Assembly: GCA_012295275.1 (NCBI GenBank)
Contig: CM022671.1
Coordinates: forward strand, 7,254,001 to 7,318,000
DNA: 64,000 bases
Source: Chrysomallon squamiferum
Taxonomy: Eukaryota > Animalia > Mollusca
Reading direction: 5' to 3'
The position numbers and the translations under genes were made by a program. Under the pieces are notes generated by a model. That model ran no database searches. It saw only the letters and a list, made by a program, of their open reading frames with translations, and was not told the DNA's origin. Positions 13,531 to 28,862 of this stretch are shown here, in pieces. Within the stretch, counting starts at the first letter, position 1. Each line of letters opens with the position of its first letter.

Positions 13531-14465
13531 CAGGTATTTGTATTATAATCATTATCATAATTATTAACCAATACATTATAAAGTTAAAGCATTTTCATTC
13601 TATTTTTTTTTATTCCAAAGAACTTTTTTCTGTAATGACGTACACAAACAAAAGACGTTGTCATGGTTACGACAAAGTTCATGACGTCATTAAACTATTT
13701 CTAACCTAACTTTTTTTATTTTAAGTACGTAAACAGAAGTTTAAGTTTACTCCAGAGGTTTTTAATATGGCTTTAGTTGTTATGCATGAAAAACTTTGGC
13801 ACACTAAAACACTTCACCAGCAAAACAATTTTGTTTCAGCGTTTCTTCTGGGCTTTTGTTTTCCAACCTTTTGTGACGTATCTAAGGGTAGACAACCTCT
13901 TGAAAAATGCAGGGGAAGAGAATGATAGACACAGACAAAATGAAAATTAGTTGATTGATGGATCGTGATAGAAAGAGACAAACATAAAGAGGGACAGACA
14001 GACAGATAGATAGTTAAAAAGCTAAAGTAAATTGCAATCGGGAATTTTATTCTGAGTTTTCTTCTTGTTGTTATTGTAGTTTTGTGGAGGTTTTTTTTTT
14101 TTTTTTTTTTTGGTTGGTTTGTTTGGTTTTGGTTTTTTGTTGTTGTTTGTTTTGTTTTTGTATTCTTTTTTTTTTTTTTTTTTTTTCGTGTTTTGTATTA
14201 TTAACAAAAAGCAGAAAATGAATACGTAAGCAGAATTTGTCGAAGGTGTGACGATGTATAAATCAGGAAATAGGCAATTTCTTTTGTTGTTGTTGTTGTT
14301 GTTGTTGTTGTTTTTGGAGTTTTTTTCTTCATGTTCAGTGGTCCAGTTGTCTCTCTCTGTGTTTATCTGTTTGTCTATCTATCTGTCTGTCTGTCTATCT
14401 ATCTGTCTATGTCTGTCTAAGCATTAAGAATACCTATATGTCTGCAAGCCTCTCAGCCTTCTTCT

Positions 14466-14520
<55 letters not shown>

Positions 14521-16056
14521 TGTCTTTCTTCTTTGTCATCGTTATGGTCATCCTTTTCTGCATGATTTTTTTTTTTTTTTTTTTTTTTTTAGTTACAGAT
14601 TACTATAGCAACAACATTCTTATTTCTCCATAAATACGTGTCATACGAAATCTAATTCAACCAGTTGTTTTGGGGGGTTTTTGGGAGGGTGGGGTTTACA
14701 AAATTTACGAGTGTGTCCATTTAAGAGAAACAATTACAGCCGTCTGACTTATTTATTATTGTGATACAGAACTCGTCTGGTGGCAATATTATATCACGTT
14801 ACGTCACAGCTCGTTTTCCCGCCAGCGCATAAATGTGTCAAGGCAACAGTGCGTCTGGTAATTAGAATGCGACAAGAAAACAGACAGTGATAATACGAAC
14901 TTGGAGAAGGTGTAAACATGTCGACTGTCGCATGTTCGAGCTGAACCCCTTATTTATGTTGTAAGCAGCTCGATGTAATGACGACACGCCCTTTTGTGGA
15001 ACAAAACTTAACGCGTGGGACGGGAGGATATAGGGCTCGCCTCCTGGTAACCTTCACATGCCTTATAAAAAGTGATAGGAATTCCGTAATGACTAATATT
15101 TAATTCTTTTTTTTTTTTTTTTTTTTTTTTTTTTAGTTTAGATTTAGCATTTTAATGATTCACGGATAAAGAATCTATTTATTTATAATTCTGAAAAATA
15201 AAAAAATAAAAAAAATAAATAAATAAAATTCCTCGAATTTAATGTTGCTCTAGCATTGGGATTATATAAATATATAACTTCTTCTTCTACTTTTGTTTTC
15301 TTTCTTCTTTTAAAATGTATTTATTTATTTATTTATTATCCTTAAATGCCACTTTACGCTTCAAATTTTAATTAAAACCACACCAGAAACCCAAAATTAA
15401 CTATAAAAAAAAAGCTGTAAACAATGAAAATATTTTTTATGTCCATAAAACCGCTTTGGGGTTCAGTGACTGAGGGGTTAGGAATTTAATTTCATGTTGA
15501 TAATAAATATTATTTGCGTATTTAATTTCTTACAGATTTCTTTTTTTCTTTTTTCTTTTCTTTTTTAAATTTTTTTTTTTTTTTTTTTTTTATTTCTCCG
15601 ATTAATATCCTCACAGATATATTAAATTTCAATTTACAGAATAATTTAAATGGTGTAAATGAACAATTTATAGCGAAGTTTTATATACAAAATTTATTGC
15701 ACTCGTTAGATATAAATTGCACATTCTATGTAACTTTATTAACTGGCTTTATTCCGTTTTTTTTCTTTCTCTATTTCTTCTCTTTTTTTTTTCTTTCTCT
15801 ATTTCTTCTCTTTTTTTTTTCTCTTTTTTTCAATTTATTTCAGTTGATTTCTTTTGTGCGTTTCCTTTCGTTATCTTTCATGTCATCTTTACTCTTCTTC
15901 GTTTCTTTCTTTTACTTCTTCCTTCCTTCCTTTTTCTCTTTATTTATTTATGTATTGGTGTTATTGCTGCTAATGCTGTTTTTTTTTTCACAACTTTTTC
16001 CTTCCTTATTTGTCTTTTTCTTTCTTTGTAAGCTCTGAAACTCCAAGATAATGAAC

Positions 16057-16143
<87 letters not shown>

Positions 16144-16770
16144 CCTCCCTCTCTCTACCTCCCTCCCTCTCCCTCTCTCTCTCTCTATTTTTTTTCTTCT
16201 GATTTTATCCCTTCTATTCTTTTTTTTTTATGTCCTATAGTGCTTTTCGTATGAGTTCTATTTATTTCTTTTTTATTCAAGATATGATTTGTATTTAATA
16301 GCATGACCACCAACAGGTGTGCATTATCTTTCACACAGGTTGCCCGCCCCTCAGAGAGAACAACGTCGAAGAAAGAGGGTGACGCCCACAGTATTGAAAA
16401 CTAACCGTCCGTCCCAAGTTTATTTCCCAGGAAAAACAATTAAACCAAAGTCTACACAGACTGCTGCTGCCCCACGCGGTGTCTGTGTGACAAAGGATGT
16501 CAGCCCATACATGCAGAATTATGACTGTTTGTTGGGAAAACAGTGGAATTTAATTCTGAATCAGAAATCTTTATTGCTTCTCCCACCCATCCCCTCGCCC
16601 ATCTTAAAAAAATAAATAAATAAATAAATAAGCCGAAGAAAAAGTAGGAAAAACGAAAAAAAATCGTTGTCTTTAGCAAAAAGATAATAGGAAGGGGACA
16701 GAGTATGAGAGAGACAGATATACAGATAAACATAAACTGTCAGAAGAAGATGGAATCAGAGACACGATAT

Positions 16771-16876
<106 letters not shown>

Positions 16877-17124
16877 AATTATAAAAAAAGAGTTTGATAT
16901 TTAAGAACGAAACACTTAGAATGAAAAAATTAAAAGTGTGTTAATGAATGTGCTTGTCTAAATGCGCAGGTTTTCCCCATCTGTCGTTGTTAGTTTAGAT
17001 TAAGTGAAATAAAGGTGAATGTTCTCATCAACGTTTTCATTTTGGTGCTTGAGTACTTTATTGCTTTGAAATCAGAAAAAGACTTTATGTTGCCTTTTAG
17101 CAAATATTAGATATCAAACCAAAA

Positions 17125-17230
17125 TACATACATACATACATACATACATACATACATACATTCATACATACATACATACATACATTCATACATACATACA
17201 TTCATACATACATACATACATACATACATA
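17125..17230. repeat. (CATA)n tetranucleotide microsatellite
   Basis: Direct reading. Confidence 0.95.
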
Positions 17231-17329
17231 CTGTGAAACTGTCTTTGATAAACCAGTCACGAAGCATTGATGGGAACTGGAGATAGCTTAAGAACGGAAG
17301 AGAATTCATGATATAATTAATACATACAA

Positions 17330-17371
<42 letters not shown>

Positions 17372-17954
17372 ACACACACACACATATATACACAAACATA
17401 CATATACATATATAAATAAATACATACATATTTACTTACATACATACATACTGGCGTACATACAACCATGAATATATATATATATATACACACACAACAC
17501 AAACACACACACATGTATGTATGTATATATCTTAACTACAGATACACACATATATACATACAGATATAAACAGACACCAATGCTCGCACACACTCACACA
17601 CACGCACACACACACACACACACATTTGCCTTGCCCCGGGCGCTGGCAACCAACATACACATAATGCATATTCCTAGTTTACATTCTTTCGTAAGGGTTC
17701 TGTGCACTTCTGTGTAATATTTATAACTTTCTTGCAAGTTTCCTACATCAGCTAATAGCACACTACTGTCTATAACTTTTGTATCTTTCTCCTAACTTTT
17801 TTCCCCGAGACTTCAAGCACTACTAGTTGCACGAGAATGTTTATTGTCGTTCCTCATGCTACATGAACTGGTAATGCAGAGCAGTGTTTATGACAGCCTA
17901 TTCCAGTACAGTTCTTCTCTTGAGAAAACTTTTTCCATTCAGTTCCCATTCTCA

Positions 17955-18505
17955 CATTCAGAAAGTCTGTATCACCGTTATTTTCTTGTAGTAACTTGAT
18001 TTATTTAGCTATAATAACTTGATAATGTTCTGTAGTTCTGTAAGACTATCATTTACTTGTAATAAATAACTAGTTAACATTCAGTAATTCTGTAACACTG
18101 TTATTTATTTGTAGTAACTTGATAATATTCAGTAGTTCTGTAAAATTGTTATGTACTTGTCGTTATTTGTTAATATTCAGTACATCTGTAACAGTTACTT
18201 ACTTGTAGTAAGTTGTTAATAATATTCAGCAGTTCTGTAACATCGTTATTTTGTTCTAGTTATTTGTTAATATTCAATACATCTGTAACACTGTTATTTA
18301 CTTGTAGTAATAATATTCAGTTCTGTAACATTGTTATTTTGCTGTAATAACTTGTTAATATTCAGTAATTCTGTAACACTGCTATTTCATTACAATAAGT
18401 TGTTAATAATATTCAGTACGTCTGTAACACGTTTATTTAGTTGTAGCATTGTTAATATTCTGTAGCTCCGTAACACTGTTATTTACCTCTAACAACTTGT
18501 CAATA
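17955..18505. repeat. Degenerate minisatellite, about 50 bp unit, roughly 10 copies
   Basis: Recurring aatattcagta.ttctgtaacactgttattta.ttgtagtaacttgtt. Confidence 0.9.
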
Positions 18506-19600
18506 TTTCTTCGCTTATTTTCTTGTTGTCGACCTTGTAATGAAATGCTCAGAGCACAGCAATGTTCATCAACAGTATTACATCGATTCGACAACGCGAG
18601 GTATGCTACTGTGGAGTTCATTGCCATGGCGTTCTGTTCTTTTTGCAATAAGATGGATCACTCGAGGTTGTCTGAAAGGTAAACTAGCGAGAATCTGTAT
18701 CCATCTCTTACGCTGAGACTTGTTATTAGCTGAGTTTTGAAAAAGAACTATAAGCAGTAGAAGATTCTTTCTGTCAAACACGTTTAGAGTTACGTGACGT
18801 TTTTAGCAGTGTACCAGATGTAAAACGTGAACTGTTTGGGATTTGAAGAGTCGTTAGTTACAATCGTCGTTTCTTGAATTCATTCTGAAACAAAATGTCC
18901 AAGACAGCAGAGTTCTGATACTCACTCGCGTGTCTAGATAAATGTGATTTCTTCTGTTGAAGTTAGAATCAGTATTTCTTAACAAGCATTATTGTTTCAT
19001 ATTCCTTTCTCAAAGACGTATGCATGTATATGTATGTATTCATGTGTGTCTGTTTGTGTGTACGTACGTATGTATGTATGTATGTGTATGTGTGTATGTG
19101 TGTGTATGATTTTTTTTTTTTTTTTTTTTTTTTAACGGACAGGATCTAATTACCAATAAGGTTCTGGCTAATACAGTTTTGTTGTTGTTGTTGTTGTTTT
19201 TCCCTTTCTGAAACATCCCTGCAATTTCTGATTTTCTAAGAATTTCTTATCAAAAAAAGCAATGACGTCATAGTTATTTATACGTGTTTACAGCCCGTCG
19301 GGCGTATCGTTTACAAAATCCCGTCACTTCAACTGTGTTTACTTGGAGCAGTATAAATAGCAATTACATAACGACCCCTTCGGTTTATAACATCATCAGT
19401 CTCAAGTGTAATTTATACACAATAAACCGTTGGTCAGACGTGTAGGTGTGGCTAAATTCATTCATTCATTCGTTCGTTCGTTCGTTCATTATTATTATTT
19501 TATTTTTCGTCAAAGAGTTTTTCCGTCATGCCTTTCATGGACACAAAGTCGAAATCTTTAATTTTTTCCAGTTCTGTACGTCGTTACCTATTATCTGCAT

Positions 19601-19639
<39 letters not shown>

Positions 19640-19965
19640 GTTCAGATCTGTATTATAGAAAAAATCCTTTCGTTTTGCCATAGTTCCATGCTTTAGTGTA
19701 ATGTTTCTTGGATGTAACTGTTTAAACATATCAATGCTGAGTTTTGACAGAGGGTTCTGTCCAAGACACACACAGAGATACCTGTAAGCGCGGTGCTTTA
19801 AGTATACCCGTGTACTTTTACAAATCTTTTGTTATAAGATTAACCGACAACAGGTGCTTTCTTCGATTGCTGTTTACTCAGTAACGCGTGCAAGATTACT
19901 TTCTTAAAATACTAGTATTCAATTCTGAAGATTACTTACTGCTGAAATACACACAATTTTTTTTT

Positions 19966-19997
<32 letters not shown>

Positions 19998-20292
19998 GGT
20001 ACGGTTGTTATTAACTTCACAGATAGACCACTGATTTGATTATTATCTGAACTTAAATAAATATTAAAAAAAAGAGAGAGCAAAGAGCTTATTACATCAT
20101 GTTTGAGCGAAGCAGTGATGGTCTAGATAACTGGGGCAAAAAATAAAATATTCGCGAAATTTATCTTCGTCAAGAGATCAGATTGTTTACTTGAAGGCAA
20201 ACATCAGCTGATTTACTCCAAGGGCTGAAAAACATCAGCGGCATCAGGGGAAAATTACAAACACTGTTAACTACATCACCCCTCCCGTTTTA

Positions 20293-20372
<80 letters not shown>

Positions 20373-21039
20373 ATTTTCGAGGTTTGATTCGTGAGCCATC
20401 ATTCTTTGAACAAGAAACCACTTTTACTTTTTACGATTTTACGTTATTTCTAAAAGAAATGACAGCTATATCTTAAAAGTTATCTGTTGATTTGTCTTAG
20501 CAAATGATACATAGAATAAAGATATGAAAAACAAATCAGTTTTACCCTTAACGTCTCACAGTTTGAGGAAATATTGAAAAATATAAGACCATTAACTCTA
20601 ACCATTATTAAAATTGATTTATCTATTCCAAAATGTAAAAAAAAAAAAAAAAATTAAAAAATAAAGAATACAAATGTAGATACTGTTAAGAAAAATTAAC
20701 ATTATCGCTGTCATACCTTTTTTCTTTTTAAAAGAAAAGAAAAGAAAAGAAACATGAAAAACCCAAATAAATACAAGTGCAATAGTAGGCGAAAAATGTC
20801 TTGTAAAAAAAAAAAAAAAAAAAAAATGTTGCAATTACGTATAGGCCTTGCTAAAAATGGATTAGTCAGAAGATGCAACAAATTAGCTTAATTGTCCTGA
20901 TATTTATAGCACAACATATTCTTAGTCATTTTAACGAAATTTATTAAGTTCCTTGCTATATATGCATGTGTATGTAGGTGTGTATGAATGTACGTGTGTC
21001 TTGATTTCGTGAAGCAAATCTTACGAAAAATGTGCCCAA

Positions 21040-21082
<43 letters not shown>

Positions 21083-22234
21083 GTGTATCATCTTTCTTTA
21101 TGTGTATTATTATTAATTTCGGACTATTAATGGTTCTTTATTATTATTTCATGTTATTTCTGCTATTGTTTACGTGTGTAAATATAATATAGATATCTGA
21201 GTGTACGTGTGTGGTAAAAAACATGATTTATATTGCCTGGTTCACAATACGACCGTGCTATCTTCTCCGAACATTTCTTCTGATATGAACACATCAAAAA
21301 AGCTTCAACAAAACGGTTTGGAAATTATTCGTGTTTATATTTCCACGTCTTAACATATCTCGGTCATTTTTGTGCGCGAAATCGCACAAGCTTTCGTCAA
21401 CAGCGAAATTAGCAATATATTCTTTGCAAGTGAATCCGTTTGTTTATGATGGACTGTGGAAGAAAAACAAGAATGTCTATATTTTCCCACGAAATAAAAG
21501 AGGCTTTGGTGAAAAGCAAGTGTATTTAGAGTGAAAATATCAGACCAGTAAACAAATGCATTGATAAGCGAACGTGATTTATATAACAGGGTTGTATTTA
21601 GGTTTTTGGCACATACGCATACACACACTCACAACGAGTGGAATGTTCCAGATCTATACGCCATTTGCTTACCGTTCTGACGTCAGTTACGCTCCACTTC
21701 TTCACCAATATGATTCGCCGTTTTCCATTGGATGTTTCTGGGCCAGACGGGTTATTTGGTACTCTACGTGAAGAGTTCTTTATGGATGTATAACTCGAAG
21801 CAGTGTTTGTGTTTCAAATTATGTGCAATGATGGGTGGTTTTGTGTGTTGTTTTCATTTTTTTTTTTATTTTTTTTTTTTTTTTTTTGTTATTGTTCTTG
21901 TTTGCTTGAGATTTTGCCTTGCGTAAGAATTGCTTCTTTTAACTACAGCAGAAAGAATTGTATTAAAAATAATAATCTTCATTAAACGATGTAAACATAT
22001 ACTTTAGTTTTGATTTAAAAAGAAATGATGTGTGTGTATACGCTTTTATTTTTTCAAAATAGTTCCTAATTATTAGTTGGTAATACATTTACTAATTCAC
22101 CATGAAACAAAAATAAACATTACAGAGACAAAGGCAAAAACGAAAGACAAGAAAAGAAAAAAAAAAAAACTATTAAAACTAACAATTAAAAAAAAAAAGC
22201 CAGACGTGTTTCAGTTACACGAGAAATAAAGCGA

Positions 22235-22750
22235 GTCGACGCATGACCTCGTTTCTCTAATTTATTATCCAATTTTATCTCTACAAAACAGATAACACAA
22301 ACTTTATATCCCAGTTGAAAACGTAAACATTACGTCGAATGATCAACAAGCCTTATAACAAACAATTCCAAAAGCGATCTGATCTGGCAGAGATTATAAA
22401 GACCAAACCTTAGGCTTAATAAATACACTGCTGTGAACCAGGAAAGGTAGATTTTTAAGACGATTGGGTGTGAATGTCTTTTCTAGGGTGCTTAAGGAGC
22501 ACCATCCCAATAGATAAGATTTCGTCACCTAGGTCAAACGATGACGTGTTTTCATTGTACGGTCAGGATAGTAAAATAACAATTGTTATTATTCGCTTAA
22601 GTCTTGGCTCAAAAAAGAGGAGTTCCTTATGAATATGTAGATTTAACAGTCGAGTTGTTTGCGATTAAAGGTACGATCAGAACGCTTAAAGAACGTTTCA
22701 CTTGTCTAATTTATTTTTTATTTTTTAAATAATAATAATAAGTAATAAGT

Positions 22751-22822
<72 letters not shown>

Positions 22823-23240
22823 AAAATAATCCAGAATTCGTTTCGTTATAACAGATCAAACCCAGAGGTGTGAAAATTAAAGGCGTCAACGCATGACCTC
22901 ATTACTCTAATTTATTATCCAAAGAACCGATCTTATCTCCACAAACATAAACATTACGTCAAACAGTCAACAAGCCCATAACAAACAATTTCAACGCGAT
23001 AAAATTTCAGACAGACAAAATGTACACCAAACCTTACCTCGCATCCAGGGTCAATAAATATGGATATATTACAATCTGAAGAGGTTGGGGTGTGGGTTGC
23101 CTTTTTACTGGGTGCATAATAACCATTCCCCCAAAAAGATACGTTTGTTTGTGAACAGATAGACGAGTCAATCTCTTCGTAAACAGTAAAATATGTTTAT
23201 GTTGCTGGATCAGGATAGTAAAATATAATTTATTATTCGT
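22235..23240. repeat. Diverged duplication of an approximately 350 bp unit (about 22235-22595 and 22885-23240) with (AG)n in the intervening DNA
   Basis: Shared blocks acgcatgacctc.tt.ctctaatttattatccaa, taaacattacgtc, caacaagcc, ataacaaacaatt, accaaacctta, tcaggatagtaaaata...ttattattcg. Confidence 0.88.
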
Positions 23241-23373
23241 TGAGACTGAGGTCGAAATAAACAACAAGTTATCATGAATTAATATGTTCAATCTGTTCAA
23301 CTCAAATAATTTTTTAAAATGTATTTGTCTAGTGATAGTTTTCTGAATTTATCGTGTGTTTCAAAATTGTTTT

Positions 23374-23377
<4 letters not shown>

Positions 23378-23407
<30 letters not shown>

Positions 23408-23511
23408 GTAGTAGTAGTCGTAGTAGTAGCAGAAGTAATAGTAGTAGTAGTAGCAGAAGTAATAGTAGTAGTAGTAGTAGTAGCAGCAGAAGTAATAGTA
23501 GTAGTAGTAGC

Positions 23512-23581
<70 letters not shown>

Positions 23582-23582
23582 T
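23378..23582. repeat. (TAT)n(GTA)n microsatellite
   Basis: Direct reading. Confidence 0.95.
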
Positions 23583-25247
23583 TTTGTGATTATCTGCTTA
23601 TCTTGACATAATTAAATCAGGAATTTCCTGTAAATTTTATAAAGTTTTTTTTTTTTTCTTTTTAGCCTATTTAAGTCAAAGTGAAACAAAACACATTTGA
23701 GTTAAAGGACACGTTACCGAACTCGGGGTTCACGAAAGCCAAAGATGTCGGCTGCGCTAAGTTATTACCACGTCATCAAAGCGCTCTTAAGCTGAAATAA
23801 AAAACAAAGACGAGGACGATATCGCTGGGAGTTTTCCCCGACTTCGCCGAATGTCGTGAACCACGTCGTGAACCGATGTTCGGTTTTGCCTTTGATTTTT
23901 GCAAACATCTAACGAAACAACCGACACGTGCCGAAAGATTATCAATAAGTTCGACTGTGTGGATTTAATGTGTTACGCCCAATATATGCAACAGCGCTCC
24001 AGACCTGCATCAATACGTGTGAGGTAGGGAGGATGGTGAACCCGTCTAGTTTCAACGTTAACAAACGCGCCAGAATTATTGTCCTACTATTTAAAGTGCA
24101 CGACTGTTTCTGCTATTCACTGTCGGGGGAAAGAAAAAAAAAAAATATTTAAAAAATTAAAAATTAAAAACGTGAAAAAAAAAAAAAGGAGGTAAAAATT
24201 AAGTTAAAATCAGTGAAGTTGTTTTTCTGTCTTCAGCTGCCAACTGTAAAATTAACTGCTCCGTGATATTTGTTTAAAATTAAACTTTAAATATATTTTA
24301 AACAGTTTTATTACGATTCTTGTGCTCAAGCGAAAAATATTGTTAAAAATCTGTTTTTTGTTTTCTTTCTTTCTTTCTTCTTTAAATGTAAAAATAAGCA
24401 TTTTATCGTGTTTTATGAATCGTTACACAGGCTGGGTATTCGGTAAATATTCTGTGACCCGTGTACATGGCAAGATGTTCTACTTGTAAATACTTTTGAT
24501 GAATAATTGAAATGGTGGACACGCAGAGGGACCGAGTTCTCCTTTTTGTTTTTCACTTTACGTCCAGTCAAGTACTAGTAGAGTCAGGGACGTTTTTTAA
24601 CAAGTGTTTGTCAGGCTTCTAGCAATTTAAAATTGACTTGTTTATTTTCTATAATTACACTTGCATATTTTAGTCATCTCTGTACATTAAGAGCTCTTAA
24701 TCAAAAAACAAAAACAAAAAAAAATCAAAAATCTTTCTTTAATGAACTGATAACGATCTTCTTGAATTAGTAATTGTTACAAGTCCGAATTTACTTTTTT
24801 CTTTTATCTGCCCCCAGTAACAAACTGCATTTTCAGATTACCAAAAAACAACAACAACAACAACATCAAAATCCCCACAGTTTCTAATGGAAGGACTTAC
24901 AGCATCTACCTCATTCTTTCCCAACCTCAACCTCGGGGACTTCAGCGTACACCCTAATTCGTAAAACCCTGCTTTTGACAGCTCCGTGAGTCAAGCAATC
25001 TATTACTTCTGTTTGCCTGTGTATCATCTTACCTATCTTCCCAGTCTTTTTTCTTTCTGTGTGCTTATCTCTTTGCGTGTGTGGCGCTCTATCTGCGAAT
25101 ATGATTGTCTATCTGTTTGCATGGCTGTCTATCTATTTATCTCTGTGTCTATCTACTTCTGTCTTTTCTTTCTACACATATATGTGCGTGTTGTGTTTTC
25201 TCTGTGCGTGTCTGTCTGCTCTCTGTTAATTCCGTCTTTCCGCTGTC

Positions 25248-25372
<125 letters not shown>

Positions 25373-25741
25373 GCAAAACATTCCAGAAATAACGTTATTC
25401 CTTGATTACAGTTAATTATTATTATTATATGAGAACAGATTTATGTACAGAACCGGTAACAGTCAGGACTGATCCAATGAGACTCCTTAGACAAATACTC
25501 TACCAATGAGCTACTGCAACCGGCTATTGTTGTGCATATATATGATGAGGTCACCTAGCCAGTGGGGAATAACATGTCATATATATATGTTTATTGTTTT
25601 TGTAGCAGATGTTTTACTTATGCACAAAATACCAAAGGAGAGTGTTTGCAGTATTCGTTACGGTTTTGTCATTGTTGTTACAGCTATTTTTGATATTTTG
25701 TTCTATTGTTGTCGTTGCCGTTGTTGTTGTTGTTGTTGTTA

Positions 25742-25790
<49 letters not shown>

Positions 25791-26021
25791 TTTGTTGCTA
25801 TTATTATTACTTGTAGCAGTAATAGTAGTATACGTATAAATAGTAGTAAATGTTGTAGTAGTAATATTTGATGCAGTTATAGAAAACATTATAGCAGTTG
25901 TTGTAGACGTAGTAGTAATAGAAAGGTAGTAAAAGTAATAGTAGTAATATTAGATGTAGTAGTGGTAGTAGTTATAGTGGTGTGGTGGTAATGGTTTTAG
26001 TAGTGACAGTGGTATACGTAA

Positions 26022-26059
<38 letters not shown>

Positions 26060-26540
26060 CTGTTGGCAGTCGTTTTGTTGCTGCTGTGTTATTGTTGTAG
26101 CAATATTAGCTACTTGTATTAAAAAATATATAAAAATAAAAATTAAAAACATATAGATACACACACACACAGACACACAAACACAGACACGCACACACAC
26201 ACACAGACACACAAACACACTTACTATCGCAAGTTTGTACTTATCATTTTCAAAATTCTTGCCATTTCTCAAGCGGAGCGCCCCACTTCAGGTAAATGCG
26301 ATGATCAGAGTACAACAGCGCTGTACCGTGGCGTTGTCGACGTCGTTGTAGAAGACCAGCAGAGCGTCGACAGCGACAGACACGCAGCGCGAAGCACGTG
26401 ACGTTGATAAAGCCCAGTTTCCACGTTCCGTGGCTCGCTTTATCAGCAGATAATCAAATTAGACTTGATAGCTTGCTGTGTGAAGTTTCACATTTTCAAC
26501 GTCTGGGCTGTACGTGAACTGTTTCACGTTTTGTTTGTGT

Positions 26541-26630
<90 letters not shown>

Positions 26631-26876
26631 TAGACAGACAGACAGACCCACATATGTGTGTGTTTATATTATATATAAAAACTTACACATAGATACGCAC
26701 ATACATACATACATACATACATACATACATTCATACATACATACATACATACATGCATGCATGCATATAAATTAATATATACACAAACAAAAAAGACACA
26801 CATTTACAGATACACACATACGTAAACACACACATATATATACAAATACACATACACACTCAAACATACTTCGTAT

Positions 26877-26923
<47 letters not shown>

Positions 26924-27014
26924 TCCATAAATACATACGCATTTACACGCAGTTACAAATATACAAATATCAATACTATGTTACAGAGATCAATAAAAAA
27001 AGAAGTAAAAAATA

Positions 27015-27062
<48 letters not shown>

Positions 27063-27449
27063 TAACCCAAACCATGAACAAGAACTGTGCTTTACGTTCT
27101 GATAACTTAAGGTGAAAGTTTACACTTGTCATTTCACAAAATGTCGTAGTCTCTTACGACAACATGTTAATATTGATAATGTTATCAAAACTATTAAATC
27201 TGTATGACAAGATTAAACGTAATGCTTCAGACATGTTCTGTATTTGTATATATGTACACGAGACAGACTCAAGTGGCTGGATAACAGTAAACTCTTTAGT
27301 GATTCTTAAGTAACGGTGAGATCTTTCCTACCAGTTTTACTGCTGCTAAGGTTATCGCCAAAAGTACTGCTAACACTCATACTTTACCAGCTTTACCATA
27401 CTTTACGATCTTAAGTTTTGCTATAGTTCATATTAGAATTACCACTACC

Positions 27450-27709
27450 AGTAGTAACAATAGAAATAATAGATACGGTACCCGTAGTAGTAATAATAGT
27501 ACAGAGGTCATGTAGTGTAGACATAGAAGTGGTAGTAGTAGTAGTAGTAGCAGCAGCAGCAGTAGTAATAGTACTAGTAGAAGTAGTAGTAGCGGTAACA
27601 GTAGTAACAGAAGTAGTAGTAGAAGCAGCAGTAGTAGCGTAGTAGTAGTAGAGTAGTTGTAGAGGTAATATTAGTAGTAGTAACAATACAAGTAACAGAG
27701 TCGGTACCT

Positions 27710-27774
<65 letters not shown>

Positions 27775-28170
27775 GGAGTATAATAGTAGTAATAGTATAG
27801 TAGTAGTAATAGTAGTAGTAGTAGTGTTAAATTTTTTTAGCAGAAATAGTAGTAATAGAGGCAACAGTAGCAGCAGTAGTAGTAATAGTGGTAGTGGTAG
27901 TGGTAGTAATAGTAGTAATAGTAATAGTAGTAGCCGCAGCAGCGGTAGTGGTAGTAGTAATAGTGGTGGTGGTAGTAGTAGCAGTAGTATTAATAGTAGT
28001 GAAAGTATTAGTAGTGGCTGTGGTAGTGGTGGTAATATTATTAGTAGTTGTAATTATGGTAGTAGTAGTAATTGTTGTTGTACTTTAGTTGTTGTAAGAA
28101 CTAACAGTACTGAACATGGTGGTTATTCATCTGTTGTAGTAGTAGCAGTAGAAGCAGTAGTAATAGTACC
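27450..28170. repeat. Long degenerate (GTA)n/(GTG)n microsatellite field; similar fields at about 34615-34815 and 36420-36615
   Basis: Direct reading. Confidence 0.92.
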
Positions 28171-28776
28171 AGAGAGAGAAAGAGTGAGAGAGAGACAGAC
28201 AGACAGACAGACAAAGTATAATTTCGGTTTTCACGATGCATACCTTCATGCTGTAAATAAATAGCTAAAACGCAAATATTAATATATCTTTAATCGCATA
28301 TGATCGTCTGCGCATGTCCTCACATGGAGATAGGGACCCCACGTCAGTCGATTCTTCACTGCCGCATGTGTTTAACCTCTAGACATAATTATGAATGAAC
28401 GTGCTATTGGATAAAAGTACACGGTTTCACGTTCTTGTCGGAAACACGTCGTGGCTGTAATCTTAAACGGAAGCATGGCCATTCTCCGGAGAACAGGTTG
28501 CGATAAACGTGACGTCTAAACGCTTGATTCCGCGAAACTGCCGCAAGGCTACAGTTTATGATTAACTATGCAAGGCGCGCAAGTCAAAGTAATTTTCCGA
28601 TGTTACTAAAAGGAACAGCCCTTTTGGGAATTGTTGGCGTTGGTTCGCTGATGTAGAAATAATTACATTTTGCTGTGGAAATAAAATTTTAAAATAGAAC
28701 GTACAGATAAATAAATCAGTTACAGTCTGGTTGTTATCTGCTATTTTGTACATCACAGTATTTATCTTATTACTGG

Positions 28777-28862
<86 letters not shown>

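Noticed and set aside
16319-16615. 98-aa non-repetitive ORF with acceptor-like cacag
   Set aside because: GTG start, no recognisable homology, no partner exons; better explained as a CpG-rich island
17955-18505. Repeat array superficially like CRISPR
   Set aside because: Eukaryotic intron-containing context, degenerate units without unique spacers, no cas genes
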